This document shows, piece by piece, positions 1 through 11,900 of a stretch of 64,000 bases of DNA. The translations under genes were made by a program, and so were the position numbers. Position 1 is the stretch's first letter; each line of letters opens with the position of its first letter. Location: assembly GCA_000004985.1 (NCBI GenBank), contig GG738875.1, one strand, 5' to 3'. The notes beneath the pieces were generated by a model, which was given only the letters and a program-made list of their open reading frames with translations, made no database searches and was not told the DNA's origin. Origin of the DNA: Naegleria gruberi (Eukaryota).

Positions 1-50
1 GAACAGGAGTACCACTACCAGAGTAGTTTCTATCAGCCAGGCGAAAACTA

Positions 51-1013
51 GTGTACCGACAAGAAAAAAAAAATGCGACAACAACTGAAGATGAATCTAC
101 ACAATATCAATCATTACATCAACACCACAAAACGCAAACAAATACGATAATAATGGATTTCATTGACTATATGGATTTTGAAGAAGAATCCAATGAACAA
201 CAAAACAGTGCTGAAGAAATGTTACTTCTAATGAGACAGCAGCGATATGGAAGAACAGATATCTCTTTGATGGATATTTTACACAATAACACACAAACAA
301 TATCCACCAACTTGAACCAATACAAAGAAAGAATAATCAACAATGACCAACAACAATATGAAGACAACGATGACATTGATGATTTGGATGAAGATGGTGA
401 TGTGTTAATGGCAGAGGCTAATACTTATCAACAATGGAGAATCATTGAAGAGAAGTATTGGGATAAATATATAGATATTTGTAAGGATGGATTTAAATCA
501 GAATCCTATGACAAACAAAACTCTGTGGAAAAAGCAATCCTTTTTAGTGCCATCCAACATTTGGGAAGAGTTGCAAGACATAAGGTTTTCAATGCCATGA
601 AACCTGGAAAAGCAAGAATTAGAAAAGATATATTCATTGGAGCAATGGAACCAAGATTGTTTGATTATTTTATGAAAGAAGCTGGTGGTGAGAGATCTTT
701 CAGGAGATACACAAAAACACAAGAGGATGGATCAAAATTGCTGCAAGGTTGTGTTGTATATTCATTTGAAGGTGAGAAATATCCATATTTCGGAATCAGT
801 GATAATTGGCGAATTAAGTATCATTATGAGGTAGAAGATGATGTTCAATTAATTGTTAGAAAAAGAGTATCTACAATGACTAGCTGTAAAGTTAAATGCA
901 ATGTTGTTTCGTGGGAGGTTAGAATGGATTTAACTTGGAAACGAGAGGTAATGGATGTTATTAACTATGATCAAGAAAATGAACAGTATGGAGAGCCAGA
1001 ACTCTGTGATTAA
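51..1013 (+). CDS. Hypothetical acidic, N/Q/D/E-rich protein. The true start is probably an internal Met near position 155.
   Basis: Uninterrupted 320-codon ORF in AT-rich DNA. No motif I can name. Confidence 0.35.
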   Translation: MYRQEKKNATTTEDESTQYQSLHQHHKTQTNTIIMDFIDYMDFEEESNEQQNSAEEMLLLMRQQRYGRTDISLMDILHNNTQTISTNLNQYKERIINNDQQQYEDNDDIDDLDEDGDVLMAEANTYQQWRIIEEKYWDKYIDICKDGFKSESYDKQNSVEKAILFSAIQHLGRVARHKVFNAMKPGKARIRKDIFIGAMEPRLFDYFMKEAGGERSFRRYTKTQEDGSKLLQGCVVYSFEGEKYPYFGISDNWRIKYHYEVEDDVQLIVRKRVSTMTSCKVKCNVVSWEVRMDLTWKREVMDVINYDQENEQYGEPELCD

Positions 1014-1784
1014 TTGGTAGTAATTAATAAAAAAATTAAAATCGGTTTAAAAAAAATGACAATCACTACAACCTTTATTAATTTGTTTCATCCATCAAAA
1101 TCCAACATACCCAAACCTTTATTGGCGGGCCCCGTCATTAGTAGGCTTTTGGGTTGGAAAATGATGCATAAATAATTGGTAAAGGTTGTCACTAAATGGC
1201 AGGGAATGGCAAAGCAGGTTCTTCATGGATATGGATTATGTGATGACCATGATGCGGCGATTATTGTTCCTATTCATTGATGTTTGCTTGTGTGAACTTT
1301 GATGACATGTGTCTTTTGGTTCTTGGTTGCCCTGGGTAGACCATCACATCTATCGCAACCTAACACAAGTAAATGTGGTGGTGAAAATCTTTTTTCATTT
1401 AACCCTTCTACAAACAACAATATTTAAACCGGTTAGTTTTTATTTAAATTTTCAAATTTATTAATTAATAATTTGTAAATTAATGTTGGAAAATATAAAG
1501 GAATTTTGTTGTGAAAAAGTCCAAACAAATATGTTCTGTTGGTAACAAACACGGGTGCTGTTTAGTTGACATAAGTTGCCAAGAGTGGTTTATTGGGTGA
1601 GAATGTTGTTACTTATTCTAACAGCAATGCTGCATTGACTTTTACTGGTTGTGTTGTTATGGTTGTCGCAACTCTGTTCTTTTCTCTTTGGATGTATTAA
1701 TGACAGGAGATGAGATTTTGTTCACCATTCAAACATGGGAAGAAAATCACTTGACCAACACTTTGAAATCAAGATTATCAACAA

Positions 1785-2426
1785 ATGCGANNNNNNNNNN
1801 NNNNNNNNNNNNNNNNNNNNNNNNNNNNNNNNNNNNNNNNATCTATGTTCTATTTGTTTGATGAACATAATGAATTATTCAGACCTGACTATTACAATAA
1901 GATTCCTGCTTCTTTTGCTTATTTTCAAGATTTTATCAGATGGACAGGAGTTACATCAGGGAATTATACAGTTACTATCTATTGTGGAAGTGCTCATAGC
2001 TCCTTCGAAGACCATTTACCAGGAGGAGAAAGAGGAAGGGTAGTTAGAATCACTCCTCCAACAACGACAGAGTTTGAACAACTTGTTTCAGCTGTGGGTT
2101 TGAACCCAAAGGATAAAAGAATAGCCCATGTAACAGGAAGAATTCCAAGAGAGTTGAAATACTTGACTGACCATTTGAAAGGTAAAAAGGGTACTGATGA
2201 AGATATCAATCATTTTATCACAGTAAGACAGGGAGAATATGCTTCTAGATTGCGCTCATTAGTTAACAAAATGGACAAAGAGGAGAATGATGAGTTTTTA
2301 AAAACACTTGAAGATCTTTTTACTCTGGGTCTTTTCGATGGAAGGCCTTGCACTGTTTCAGGAAATGTATACGATATGGGTTTACTATTCAAGGATTCTG
2401 ATCAAAACCTTTATATTATTGAGTGA
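1785..2426 (+). CDS. Hypothetical protein, 5' part interrupted by scaffold gap 1791-1840. ORF 1649-1790 is a possible upstream piece.
   Basis: ORF runs out of the N gap and extends about 195 codons beyond it. Frame relation to the upstream ORF is indeterminate because the gap length is unknown. Confidence 0.3.
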   Translation: MRXXXXXXXXXXXXXXXXXSMFYLFDEHNELFRPDYYNKIPASFAYFQDFIRWTGVTSGNYTVTIYCGSAHSSFEDHLPGGERGRVVRITPPTTTEFEQLVSAVGLNPKDKRIAHVTGRIPRELKYLTDHLKGKKGTDEDINHFITVRQGEYASRLRSLVNKMDKEENDEFLKTLEDLFTLGLFDGRPCTVSGNVYDMGLLFKDSDQNLYIIE

Positions 2427-3380
2427 ATACTAAGAAACGGAGTGACGGAACACAGAGTCTCACGGAATCCGCCTCAAGTAAGAAACTGTCCAACGGGGCA
2501 GTCTGAAGTAAGAAACGGAATTAAGAATGGATATTAAGCTCAATAACACAGTAACATTCTAAAATTGTTCTAATATGAATTGAATAAAATAGGCTATTCC
2601 ATTTGTTGTTGGATTTAATCTACTTGTTCTTAACGATTTCATTCCCAAGATCAAATTTCACATTTTTATTTCATGAAACTTTCCCCACTCGATGTGTGCA
2701 TTCATATATGTTACCAGGTCAAGTTTCATTGTTTGATTTTGTAACTTCAACTAACAAATTAGCAAATCTTTGAATAGATTTGTTTCAAGTTTATTCGCAA
2801 ATAATAAAACATGTCAATTACAGTTAGTAGCATTGTCATTATTTATATATATCCATAATTATTCAAAAAATTCAGGTTTCGTCATCTGATCCAAGAGTTA
2901 TTTAGAATTAAGGGAAAAAAAGAGTGTTAAGGAATGCCTCTTATATAAAAAATTAAAAAAAAAGTGAAATTTATTATTAATTTGATATTTACTAATACAT
3001 GGGAAAGTTGCATGATTTGGAAATTTAATTTGGGCGAGTAAATAACCAATTCTTAGTCAACCCAACCAGAACTTGACCAACACAAAAGAAAAGGAATATA
3101 TTATAATAAATATGATGTTTATTATCAATTTAAATAGTACTACTAGAAGAAACTTTTTGATTTGGTGAAGTACATGATGATCCAGTGAGTTGATACAAAT
3201 AAACGGTGAGACGGGCAACGGGATGAACGGGATTCAGGCCGTTTCTTATTCTAAACGGGAGATTCTGGATCATTAATAATATACTACTGCACCAAAGTTG
3301 ACATGCCACACATACCCAAGAATATTTCTGTTTCACAGAAAGGAGAGCACTGTTTGAAAAATTCTTGTTAAGACGAGAGT

Positions 3381-3848
3381 ATGGACTGGAAATTCTATGT
3401 AACGAACAAGTTGAGTACAACCACAACATCCACCTTATCATATGAAGTTAACGAACATGCAAGTTTGGATCTAAAGGATTTACATTCCCTCAATCGAAGA
3501 AACTATTTGCGTGGAACAGGAGTACTATTCATTCCAGAATCTGAGACTTTCCCAAGCTTTGATTATGCTATTGTTATATACAAAGAGAAATCAGTAGAAA
3601 TCTTTCTGAAACAAAGCACCATTTCTACTGTTGAATCTCATTATTGTCATAGTAATGGCAAAACAGATGTGGATAATTTACTGGAACGTCTTTATGTTTT
3701 AAATAGAGAAGGAAAGGTAATGAAAAGGAAACAAAACGTTCCAGAACAATATCATTTCTCATTGCTTGAATTGATACTTCATGGAATTGTTGGAAGTGAA
3801 GAAACCAAAGTTGAATTGATACTTTTTAGAAATAGACAAGAAATGAAG
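3381..3848 (+). CDS. Hypothetical protein, 3' end lost in scaffold gap 3849-3898.
   Basis: ORF of 156+ codons running into the N gap. Confidence 0.3.
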
Positions 3849-3908
3849 NNNNNNNNNNNNNNNNNNNNNNNNNNNNNNNNNNNNNNNNNNNNNNNNNNAA
3901 ATCTCTTT

Positions 3909-4703
3909 TCAATATTTCCCATTTGGTTTTGTTTCTGAAAAGAATTTCCATATCCAATTGTTCATCTTGTAAATTCCTGTAGAGCTGTCTTGTGTGGTTG
4001 ATAATGAAAATGAGGACAAACTCTTTTGTTTTTCAATATTGTCAGAGAGTCCACTTGATGATGATGTGTTTTCTCCAGTATTAGATTTAGCTGTTGATGA
4101 GCTAGTTGGATTTAGTTCAGTTTCGGTTGTTTCAGTAATTTGTTTAGGATTATCTGATGATATCGAATGACGCAGTTCATATTGTCTATTACCAATCCTC
4201 ACTTTCAATTCATATAATTTTGTCAATATCAACAATCGAATACATCTCAATATGACAGTATTCGAAAGTGCAGGCACAGCCAAATAATAGATTAGTGAAA
4301 ATATGAAACATGGATAAATCTTTCGTCCAATTAACACTCTAGTCATTAATACGAAAGTATAGGTCCATCCAATAATTGCTCCCATGACCATCAATGCTGG
4401 ATTCCTGGCAACCTGCAAATAATTCACAACTTGTTTGTGTTCCTTTTGGAGAATATGCAACTTTCTCAATTTATAAACTAAACCTCCAACCGAAACTAAT
4501 AACAAGCTTGTATGAAGGAACAAAACGATAGCTGAAATAACAATGGCCGATGTGGTGTCATCACACAATCCCTTCTCACTCTTGTTTCCTTGTGAAAGGA
4601 GGAGTGGATGACAGATCGTTGAATCATTTGTACTGGGATTCGAATAGTTAGAGACCAGCAACGCATCAAATATTGCCGTAGGAAAGATCACTTTGGCAGA
4701 CAT
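3909..4703 (-). CDS. Hypothetical multi-pass membrane protein.
   Basis: 264-aa ORF with several hydrophobic helix-length segments (e.g. VISAIVLFLHTSLLLVSVGGLV, MVMGAIIGWTYTFVLM) and a Ser/Thr-rich C-terminal tail. Confidence 0.35.
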   Translation of the reverse strand: MSAKVIFPTAIFDALLVSNYSNPSTNDSTICHPLLLSQGNKSEKGLCDDTTSAIVISAIVLFLHTSLLLVSVGGLVYKLRKLHILQKEHKQVVNYLQVARNPALMVMGAIIGWTYTFVLMTRVLIGRKIYPCFIFSLIYYLAVPALSNTVILRCIRLLILTKLYELKVRIGNRQYELRHSISSDNPKQITETTETELNPTSSSTAKSNTGENTSSSSGLSDNIEKQKSLSSFSLSTTQDSSTGIYKMNNWIWKFFSETKPNGKY

Positions 4704-4893
4704 ATGGTGTTTTTTTTTGTTGTTAGAAAGGTGAAAGTGGGTGAAAGTACCGTATTTCTAAAATTGTGTAGTGGATTCCCTTTTGGGTGCCATTTTCATT
4801 GTGTTCGTGATATAGAACCAACACGAAATATGAAACGACGATTTTATTTTGTGGACTAGCATAATAATCTATCATAAAGTGCTAATAACCTAA

Positions 4894-6519
4894 TTACCAC
4901 CTACTTGAGAAGGCAAATATTTCAATCTTGGTGAAATCAAAAGGACGACCACCTTGCAAAGTACAGGTTCCTTTCTTGGAAATTTCTGCAAATGATTTTA
5001 CATAAATAAAGTAGTTTGAATCAGTTTTTGGAGTTGCTTTTTGTTTTTCACATGTGAGAATCAAGTGATTGTTAATTATTTCAGCTCGCTCAGAGTCTTT
5101 TCCAATTGGGTTTTCAAAATAAACAGATTGTTTCTCAGATTCACTCCAAATAATGGCAAGAAAGCCATAACATGTTGATTGCTCATTCACTTCCTTCTTA
5201 AATTCCTCAATAGATGTTTTTGGGTTGATGGTAAGAATCAATTGATTTTGATATCTGAAACGTGTTTGCAATTCAAAATGATATAGTTGATTTGAGTCTA
5301 ATAAGGCACATTTCATATTGTTAATTGATATTTTGATTTCAAGAGGTTTTGTTTTTGAAAACTTGTTGCCTTGGAAATAGTTCAAATTTGGGAAAATGGC
5401 ACCTGACAAGTCACATTGGTTGAAACTGTTCTCCCAATCATCACTGAAACAATATCCAAACATATTACAGGATTCAAATTCACAATTTTCAAATTTAGCA
5501 CCTGATTGCTTCCAAAATTCACAGTCTTTGAATAAGGTATTTACAAATACTTTTCCTTTCAAAGATTCTTGATCGAATGATTTCTTTTCAAATTTTAAAA
5601 TTGGGGTACAGTTTCTAAATGTTGCATTTTCGGGATTGGAATTAGTGAAATCTATATTTTGAAAATCACAATTTTCGAAACATGCATATTTTAAATTGCA
5701 TGAGGTCAGATTTGCTGCAGAAAAGTTTCTACAAGATCTGAATTGTGCACTCTCAAGATTAGAATTACTCAAATTTGCAGAATTAAAATCACATTCTTTG
5801 AAAAGTACTTTTTTCAGACTACAAGAGCTCAAGTTTACCGAACTAAAATTACACGATTCAAATGTTGTGTCATCCATTCGATTTGAATTTAGTTTGGCTG
5901 ATGTGAAATTTGAATATTTGAAAAAAGAATTGTCCATTTTTGAAGAACTCAAATCACAATTCGAAAAATCAGCATTTGATAGTGTTGCTTTGCATAAAGA
6001 GGAATCACTCATTACACAATCTTTGAACGAAATTTTCTGTGCTTGTTCTAGTTTAACTCTATCCAAATTAATTCTCTTCAAATTTCGACCAGTAAAGTCC
6101 AAAATAGGTACATGCATTATCTCATGTTTAACAATCTCCAACACTGCACTGCTGACATCAAGTGTAGTGCTGTTACTTGTTTCAGATTCCAAGATTTTCA
6201 ACAAATTCACACAATTCAACTCTTTGCAAGCATTTATCAATTCTAATTTTTGATATTCTGATAAATCTCTATTTACCATTCCGTACTTTAACCAGTTAAA
6301 GATCATGTTAAATATTTTGTGTGGACAATTAACAAAATACACAGGATCAGTGAATAAATTGGATGGTGTTATTGTAGGTTGAATTTGTTGTTGTGTGAAA
6401 AGTTTAGAAAAGAAGGTGTCTGTTTCTCTTCCACTTTTAATTAATTCATCAGGAATGATGGTGCGGATCGTACCACCAACATTCAAATGAACGGGTTGTG
6501 AGGTAGTGATTGTGGACAT
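4894..6519 (-). CDS. KCTD9-like protein: N-terminal BTB/T1 (K+-channel tetramerisation-type) domain followed by a long pentapeptide-repeat region.
   Basis: The N-terminus (VHLNVGGTIRTIIPDELIKSGRETDTFFSKLF) resembles the KCTD BTB motif. The C-terminal half has tandem 5-residue periodicity typical of pentapeptide repeats, e.g. SNADFSNCDLSSSKM, ANLSNSNLESAQFRSC, FENCDFQNIDFTNSN. Confidence 0.6.
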   Translation of the reverse strand: MSTITTSQPVHLNVGGTIRTIIPDELIKSGRETDTFFSKLFTQQQIQPTITPSNLFTDPVYFVNCPHKIFNMIFNWLKYGMVNRDLSEYQKLELINACKELNCVNLLKILESETSNSTTLDVSSAVLEIVKHEIMHVPILDFTGRNLKRINLDRVKLEQAQKISFKDCVMSDSSLCKATLSNADFSNCDLSSSKMDNSFFKYSNFTSAKLNSNRMDDTTFESCNFSSVNLSSCSLKKVLFKECDFNSANLSNSNLESAQFRSCRNFSAANLTSCNLKYACFENCDFQNIDFTNSNPENATFRNCTPILKFEKKSFDQESLKGKVFVNTLFKDCEFWKQSGAKFENCEFESCNMFGYCFSDDWENSFNQCDLSGAIFPNLNYFQGNKFSKTKPLEIKISINNMKCALLDSNQLYHFELQTRFRYQNQLILTINPKTSIEEFKKEVNEQSTCYGFLAIIWSESEKQSVYFENPIGKDSERAEIINNHLILTCEKQKATPKTDSNYFIYVKSFAEISKKGTCTLQGGRPFDFTKIEIFAFSSRW

Positions 6520-6581
6520 TTTTTAATACAATAAATCTTTGCATGACGGGCCTTGACATGTTGATGGCATCATTTAAATTA

Positions 6582-7751
6582 TTAAAAACATTTTCTTTGA
6601 ACTATTCCACTCCCAACCTCCTTATATTCATCTTTAGTAATCCACAAAGATTGAAAGCTTGATAATGATGCAAGAATGCTACCTCCAATCCAGACTGTTT
6701 CGCATCCCTTAGTTGGGCCATCCACACGAATTTTCATTGATGAAGGAGCTACCAGTGTTAATTCCTTGTGTATCCTCTCTGACATTCCCTTAAACATGGT
6801 TGTTCCACCTGAAAGAATAACATTCGAATATAAATCCTTTCTAATGTCAATATCACAATTTCGAATAGAATCAAATATTATTTCGTGTACTCCTTTATCT
6901 TCAATTCCAACTAAATTAGGTTGAAACAGTAATTCTGGACATCTGAATAGCTCATTTCCAATAGCGAGAAGTGTTCCATCTGGCCATTCATAATCAACAA
7001 TAGATGAATTGATCTTATATTGCTTCATTTCCTCCTCAAAATCCAAAGCTACATAACAATATCTTTCTTTCATATCTTTTACATATTCTCTTTCAAAACT
7101 GTATTGTAAATTGTATCCTCTTTCTTTCAAGAGGATCATCAAATGGTCAACCAAATCATCTCCTGCCCAATCTAATCTGCAAGTGGCATGCTGCAAAGCA
7201 TGACCTTCAAACACTGGAACCGATTGTGTAATATGATAACCAGAATCCAAAACTATTCCAGTCACGCCACCAGATGCATAGAGCGACAATACAGCTTGAT
7301 TGGCCAAATACATGGCTGGTACCTTATACCCTTCAAACATGATTTGAGTTGTTTTTTCTCTATTTTCCTTTGGATTTTGTTGTTCAGTTAGCATGACTTG
7401 ATGTTCCTCTGGCACAACTCTCAACTCATTGTAAAAGGCATGGTTCCAAACCAGCTCCATATCCTCCCAATTTGTGATCACTCTCTTGTCCACTGGATAA
7501 TGGAGACAAAGTGATTCTCCCCGATGAGAGGTTGCTCTATATCCTACATATGTAGGATTGCTTGAAAGTTTATTCCTTCGTTTGCCTACGATTGAAGGAA
7601 AGCTGTCTGTTGGAGAGTTTTCACCTGCAAAACCAACTTTACACATGCAAGATCCATTATCAATCACGATAGATTTGTTTAGAGACATTTTTTTGTTGGT
7701 TCTAGTGCAAATGATGATTGAACAATGTACTTGAAGAAATAATAGGGACAC
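6582..7751 (-). CDS. Divergent actin / actin-related protein.
   Basis: 389-aa ORF colinear with conventional actin over its full length: IVIDNGSCMCKVGFAGE, NWEDMELVWNHAFYNELRVVPEEH, NREKTTQIMFE, LDSGYHITQSVPVFEG, DIDIRKDLYSNVILSGGTTMF, WIGGSILASLSSFQSLWITKDEY, C-terminal RKCF. Confidence 0.8.
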   Translation of the reverse strand: MSLLFLQVHCSIIICTRTNKKMSLNKSIVIDNGSCMCKVGFAGENSPTDSFPSIVGKRRNKLSSNPTYVGYRATSHRGESLCLHYPVDKRVITNWEDMELVWNHAFYNELRVVPEEHQVMLTEQQNPKENREKTTQIMFEGYKVPAMYLANQAVLSLYASGGVTGIVLDSGYHITQSVPVFEGHALQHATCRLDWAGDDLVDHLMILLKERGYNLQYSFEREYVKDMKERYCYVALDFEEEMKQYKINSSIVDYEWPDGTLLAIGNELFRCPELLFQPNLVGIEDKGVHEIIFDSIRNCDIDIRKDLYSNVILSGGTTMFKGMSERIHKELTLVAPSSMKIRVDGPTKGCETVWIGGSILASLSSFQSLWITKDEYKEVGSGIVQRKCF

Positions 7752-7760
7752 GAAACGAAG

Positions 7761-8702
7761 TTAATGGTTGACTGGGGTAACCTTAAGAAGTTTCTTCAAA
7801 TCTTGGTTTTCAGTGTTGACTAAATTTACAGCCCTGAATCCATTGAGAGTTAATTTGTGTTTGTCAGCTCCATGATCAAGTAAATATTTACAAAGAGAAT
7901 AGTTTTGTTTGCAGGCAGCCAAATGTAGACATGTGTATCCATCAAAATCTGTAGCATTGAGATCCATACCTCTCTTTTCAATGAGATATTCCACAATTTG
8001 TGTGCTACCTCTTGCACAGGCAATGTGAAGGCAATTTTGTCCATAGGTTCTATTTCCAATCATAAAGTGATCATTGTTACACATTGGTGGAAGTAGATTT
8101 TCACACATCCAAATAAATTTTGAATAAGCATTGGAATAGGCAAAGTTCATAAGAAGGGTAGAACGATTGTAATCTTTCACATTGAAAATATTCAGAATGT
8201 CCATCGTTTCACGGTTACGATACAACATTTCATAAAGCTTACACAATTCACAGAACAGAGCTGTGCATTCCTGTTCTGGATCAAAAATTGCTTGTAACAC
8301 AACAGATTTTTCTATATAATGTTTCAAATTATAAACTCGAATCAAAACAAGTGGTCTTTCCAATTCGTATGAAATTATATTCTTCCAAGCAAACGGATTC
8401 TTTATCGTTTTCAATTCTTTCATGATGAAAATATCCACAAATTTCTCTTTAGGATCCAACAATTCTACTCTCATCACACAACTGTTACTTTTTTCATCGA
8501 AAAAACAAGATTCTACTCTTTGGAAATTACGAGAGAAATTATTTAAATACAATAATAGTTGAAAGGAAGGATCTTGATGAATAATTTGATAAAATTCGTG
8601 GCAAACTAAATTAGCAGATCGGAAGAGATTTTCCAGAGGTAAATACTCGAGAATGGAGTGATAAATTTCCCTTGGTAGTAATTGATTTTCTAATGATATC
8701 AT
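7761..8702 (-). CDS. F-box / ankyrin-repeat protein.
   Basis: N-terminal F-box-like LPREIYHSILEYLPLENLFRSANLVCHEFYQI. C-terminal ankyrin-type repeats (NCLHIACARGSTQIVEYLIEKRGMDLNATDFDGYTCLHLAACKQNYSLCKYLLDHGAD). Confidence 0.6.
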   Translation of the reverse strand: MISLENQLLPREIYHSILEYLPLENLFRSANLVCHEFYQIIHQDPSFQLLLYLNNFSRNFQRVESCFFDEKSNSCVMRVELLDPKEKFVDIFIMKELKTIKNPFAWKNIISYELERPLVLIRVYNLKHYIEKSVVLQAIFDPEQECTALFCELCKLYEMLYRNRETMDILNIFNVKDYNRSTLLMNFAYSNAYSKFIWMCENLLPPMCNNDHFMIGNRTYGQNCLHIACARGSTQIVEYLIEKRGMDLNATDFDGYTCLHLAACKQNYSLCKYLLDHGADKHKLTLNGFRAVNLVNTENQDLKKLLKVTPVNH

Positions 8703-8993
8703 TTTTTTTTAATTCTTTTTTTAGAAACTAATTACGAGAGAGATTGGCCCTTAATTTACATCTATTTTACACTCGTTGATTCATTTTACAAATAAACAAA
8801 AATTATTAATAAGCATACATGAAGTACAATCCTAGGATTCACAAATAAATATAAAAATTTAAAGATTTTAATTTTTTTTTCCAAAATCGCGATTTGAAAA
8901 TTTATGAACTGTCTGTGCTAGAAAACAAAGTTTGTCATTGATTAATAGTTAATTAGAAAACCTTCTTCCAACAGGTAACCTTTCAAAAACAAA

Positions 8994-11900
8994 ATGCCGC
9001 CACTCCTTTCCTTCCATTCTTCTTCCATTATTATCATCCTCATTCTCTTCATCAACAGCATTTTCTTCATTCACTCCTCATTGGCTTCATCTAAAACAAC
9101 AATTATAAAAACAACAGCAAATAATTACAATATTAAAATAGTGGCAGGAAGTTATGGCAATACCATTGATTCCTATCATTTTCCGATCATATCCGAGAGT
9201 CCAATTTATGTGCAATCATCCTCATCATCATCATCTGTGGTGGTGATGGAGAAGGAGGAGGATGATGGTGATGAAATAATATATTTATCAGATACACAGT
9301 TTTGTGTGGTGAGGAAAATTCAGAAAAGTTTGAGTGTTGTGGTGGCAGGAAATGGAATTTGTGCAGTTCCTGGAGAGACAAGTGGATTGGCTGTTGAATT
9401 TTCATTGACATCACCAGGTGGTGTTTATTTGGATGAATCTACTAATATATTATATATTTTGGATAATGGATTGAGTAATTCAGGAGGTTTTGTTAGAACT
9501 GTTGATATGTCAAGTGGAATGTTAAATACTTTGCAATTGACCTATGAACCTGCAGTGCTTATGTTAAAAAGTCCAACAATGATAACAAAGAATGGTGGAA
9601 TATTTTACATTGCTGATACTGGCAATAATGTTATTAGAAGTTTGACATTTACTGGACAAAATACTGCTCATTGTAAAGTAATTATTGGTGCAGTCAACCC
9701 TGACGTATCAATGAGTTGTGTTAATGTTGACCCATTGAGTTGTCAACTTTCTTCTCCAACAAGTATTACATTTTCATCTGATGGAATGATCATTACTGAC
9801 CAGCAAAACAGTAGATTTCTCGCTTTACAAAATGGAATTGTGTATCCATATTCTTTGGTAATACCAACTCCATTGCAAATAATGAGTTTGGGAAATGCTG
9901 AATATATAGTTTCGAATGGAGAAATATTGTATTCCCTCACACAAACCACAAAAAATGGTGCAGATTCAACTATTCTCCTGAAGGATAAAAGTTGGCCAAT
10001 TGGATATTTTGGAATTGATTCAGCACAAACTAATCTTTATTTCATGAGTCAATTGCCAAATTTAGCAGTATCACAAATTGTTAAATTCAACATTCAATCT
10101 CTTGGTCAGCCAACAGTCATTGGTGGTGCATATCCTTATACTTTGAGTCCAAACGTGCCTGCTTCTAGTTACTATTTTAATGGATTAACTCAATTAGAAT
10201 ATGTCAGTGATAGTGAAATTTATTTCGCATCCTATAATACAGATATTATCAAATTTGATATGACAGCAGGATTGGCCACAAGAATTGCTGGTAATATGAA
10301 TCAACCATCAGCGTTATCAAAAATTTCTAAAGGCCTATTAGTTGCAGATACTGTTAATAGGTTAATTAAACTTATTGATGGTGGTGGATCTGTCTCTACT
10401 GTAGCAGGTACAAATTCAAATGGAATAGGTTGTCCTGAAGGAGTTCAGGCTACTAGTTGTGAATTGAATTTACCCAGTGGTGTGGTAGGTACACCCTCAA
10501 TACTATCAAATCAATACATGTTTGTAATTGCTGACAGTAATGCTAATACTCTAAGGATGGTAGCTAATGATTTCACTGTTACAACATTAGCCAACTCTGT
10601 ATCAAATGTGAGATATCCAACGGGTTTATATTACACTGCTAATGGAGATTTATATTTTGCTAATACTGGAACTTCTCAAATAATGAAATTAGCTCATGAT
10701 AATACCATCGCAGTAATTGCAGGAACAGGAGAAAAAGGAAACAAAGGCGATGGTGGATTAGCTGTGAATGCTGCATTGAATTACCCAACACAGGTTACTG
10801 TCACTTCAAATGGAATATTGTATATAGCCGACACTGGCAACAATGCTATCAGAAAAATTGATTCCAATGGTATTATATCTACTGTTACACATAATGCTAT
10901 TCAAGGAATTAATGGTGTTGCCACGACTTCTGAGGGTGAACTACTATACGCTGATAGTTATACTGTAAGAATGATTCAATCGGTAGCATGTATTAATCCA
11001 CAAGGCCAAGTTTGTTCAAATCATGGGAAATGTGTGGATGGGCAATGTCTATGTGAAAGTGGATGGAGAGGTGATTCAGTGTGTGGAACTTTTTCATGTG
11101 ATATTCCAAAACCACCAAATGCACATAATTGTATTGGACCTAACCAGTATTCATGTATGAATGGTTGGTTTGGAGATTTGTGTAATTTACCAATTTGTTT
11201 TGGAATTCAATATAATAATTCAGCTGTTTGTAGCTCACATGGAAAATGTGTATCTAACAACACATGCAATTGTGAAAGTGGATGGAATGGAAATACAAAA
11301 TGTGGGACCTTTTCGTGTGACATTCCAAAACCACCAAACGCCTTTGAATGTATTGGACCTAATCAATATTCATGCATGACTGGTTGGTTTGGAAATTCTT
11401 GTGAACTACCAATTTGTTTTGGAATTCAATTTAATAATTCAGCTGTCTGTAGCTCACATGGACAATGTGTATCTAACAACACATGTATTTGTGAAAGTGG
11501 ATGGAGAGGTGATTCAGTGTGTGGAACTTTTTCATGTGATATTCCAAAACCACCAAACGGTCAGCAGTGTATTGGACCTAACCAGTATTCATGTATGAAT
11601 GGATGGTTTGGAGATTTGTGTAATTTACCAATGTGCTTTGGGATTCAATATAACAGCTCTTCTGTTTGTAGCTCACATGGAAAATGCATATCCAACAATA
11701 CATGCAATTGTGAAAGTGGATGGAATGGAAATAAGCAATGTGGGGCCTTTTCGTGTGACATTCCAAAACCACCAAACGCCTTTGAATGTATTGGACCTAA
11801 TCAATATTCATGTATGGATGGATGGTTTGGAGATTTGTGTACTTTTCCAATTTGTTTTGGAATTCAATTTAATAATTCAGCTGTTTGTAGCTCACATGGA

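Noticed and set aside
5696-6253. 185-aa antisense ORF inside the pentapeptide-repeat gene. The small antisense ORFs inside 18011-25522 (e.g. 23265-23699, 24651-25022) and 32231-35077 are similar.
   Set aside because: Low-complexity repeat-coding DNA generates long open frames on the opposite strand. There are no independent start-context or domain signals, and they are nested entirely within stronger ORFs.
6582-7751. Calling the actin-like gene specifically Arp1, Arp2 or Arp3.
   Set aside because: Similarity is highest to conventional actin across the whole length, and diagnostic Arp insertions are not evident. The subfamily cannot be assigned by eye.
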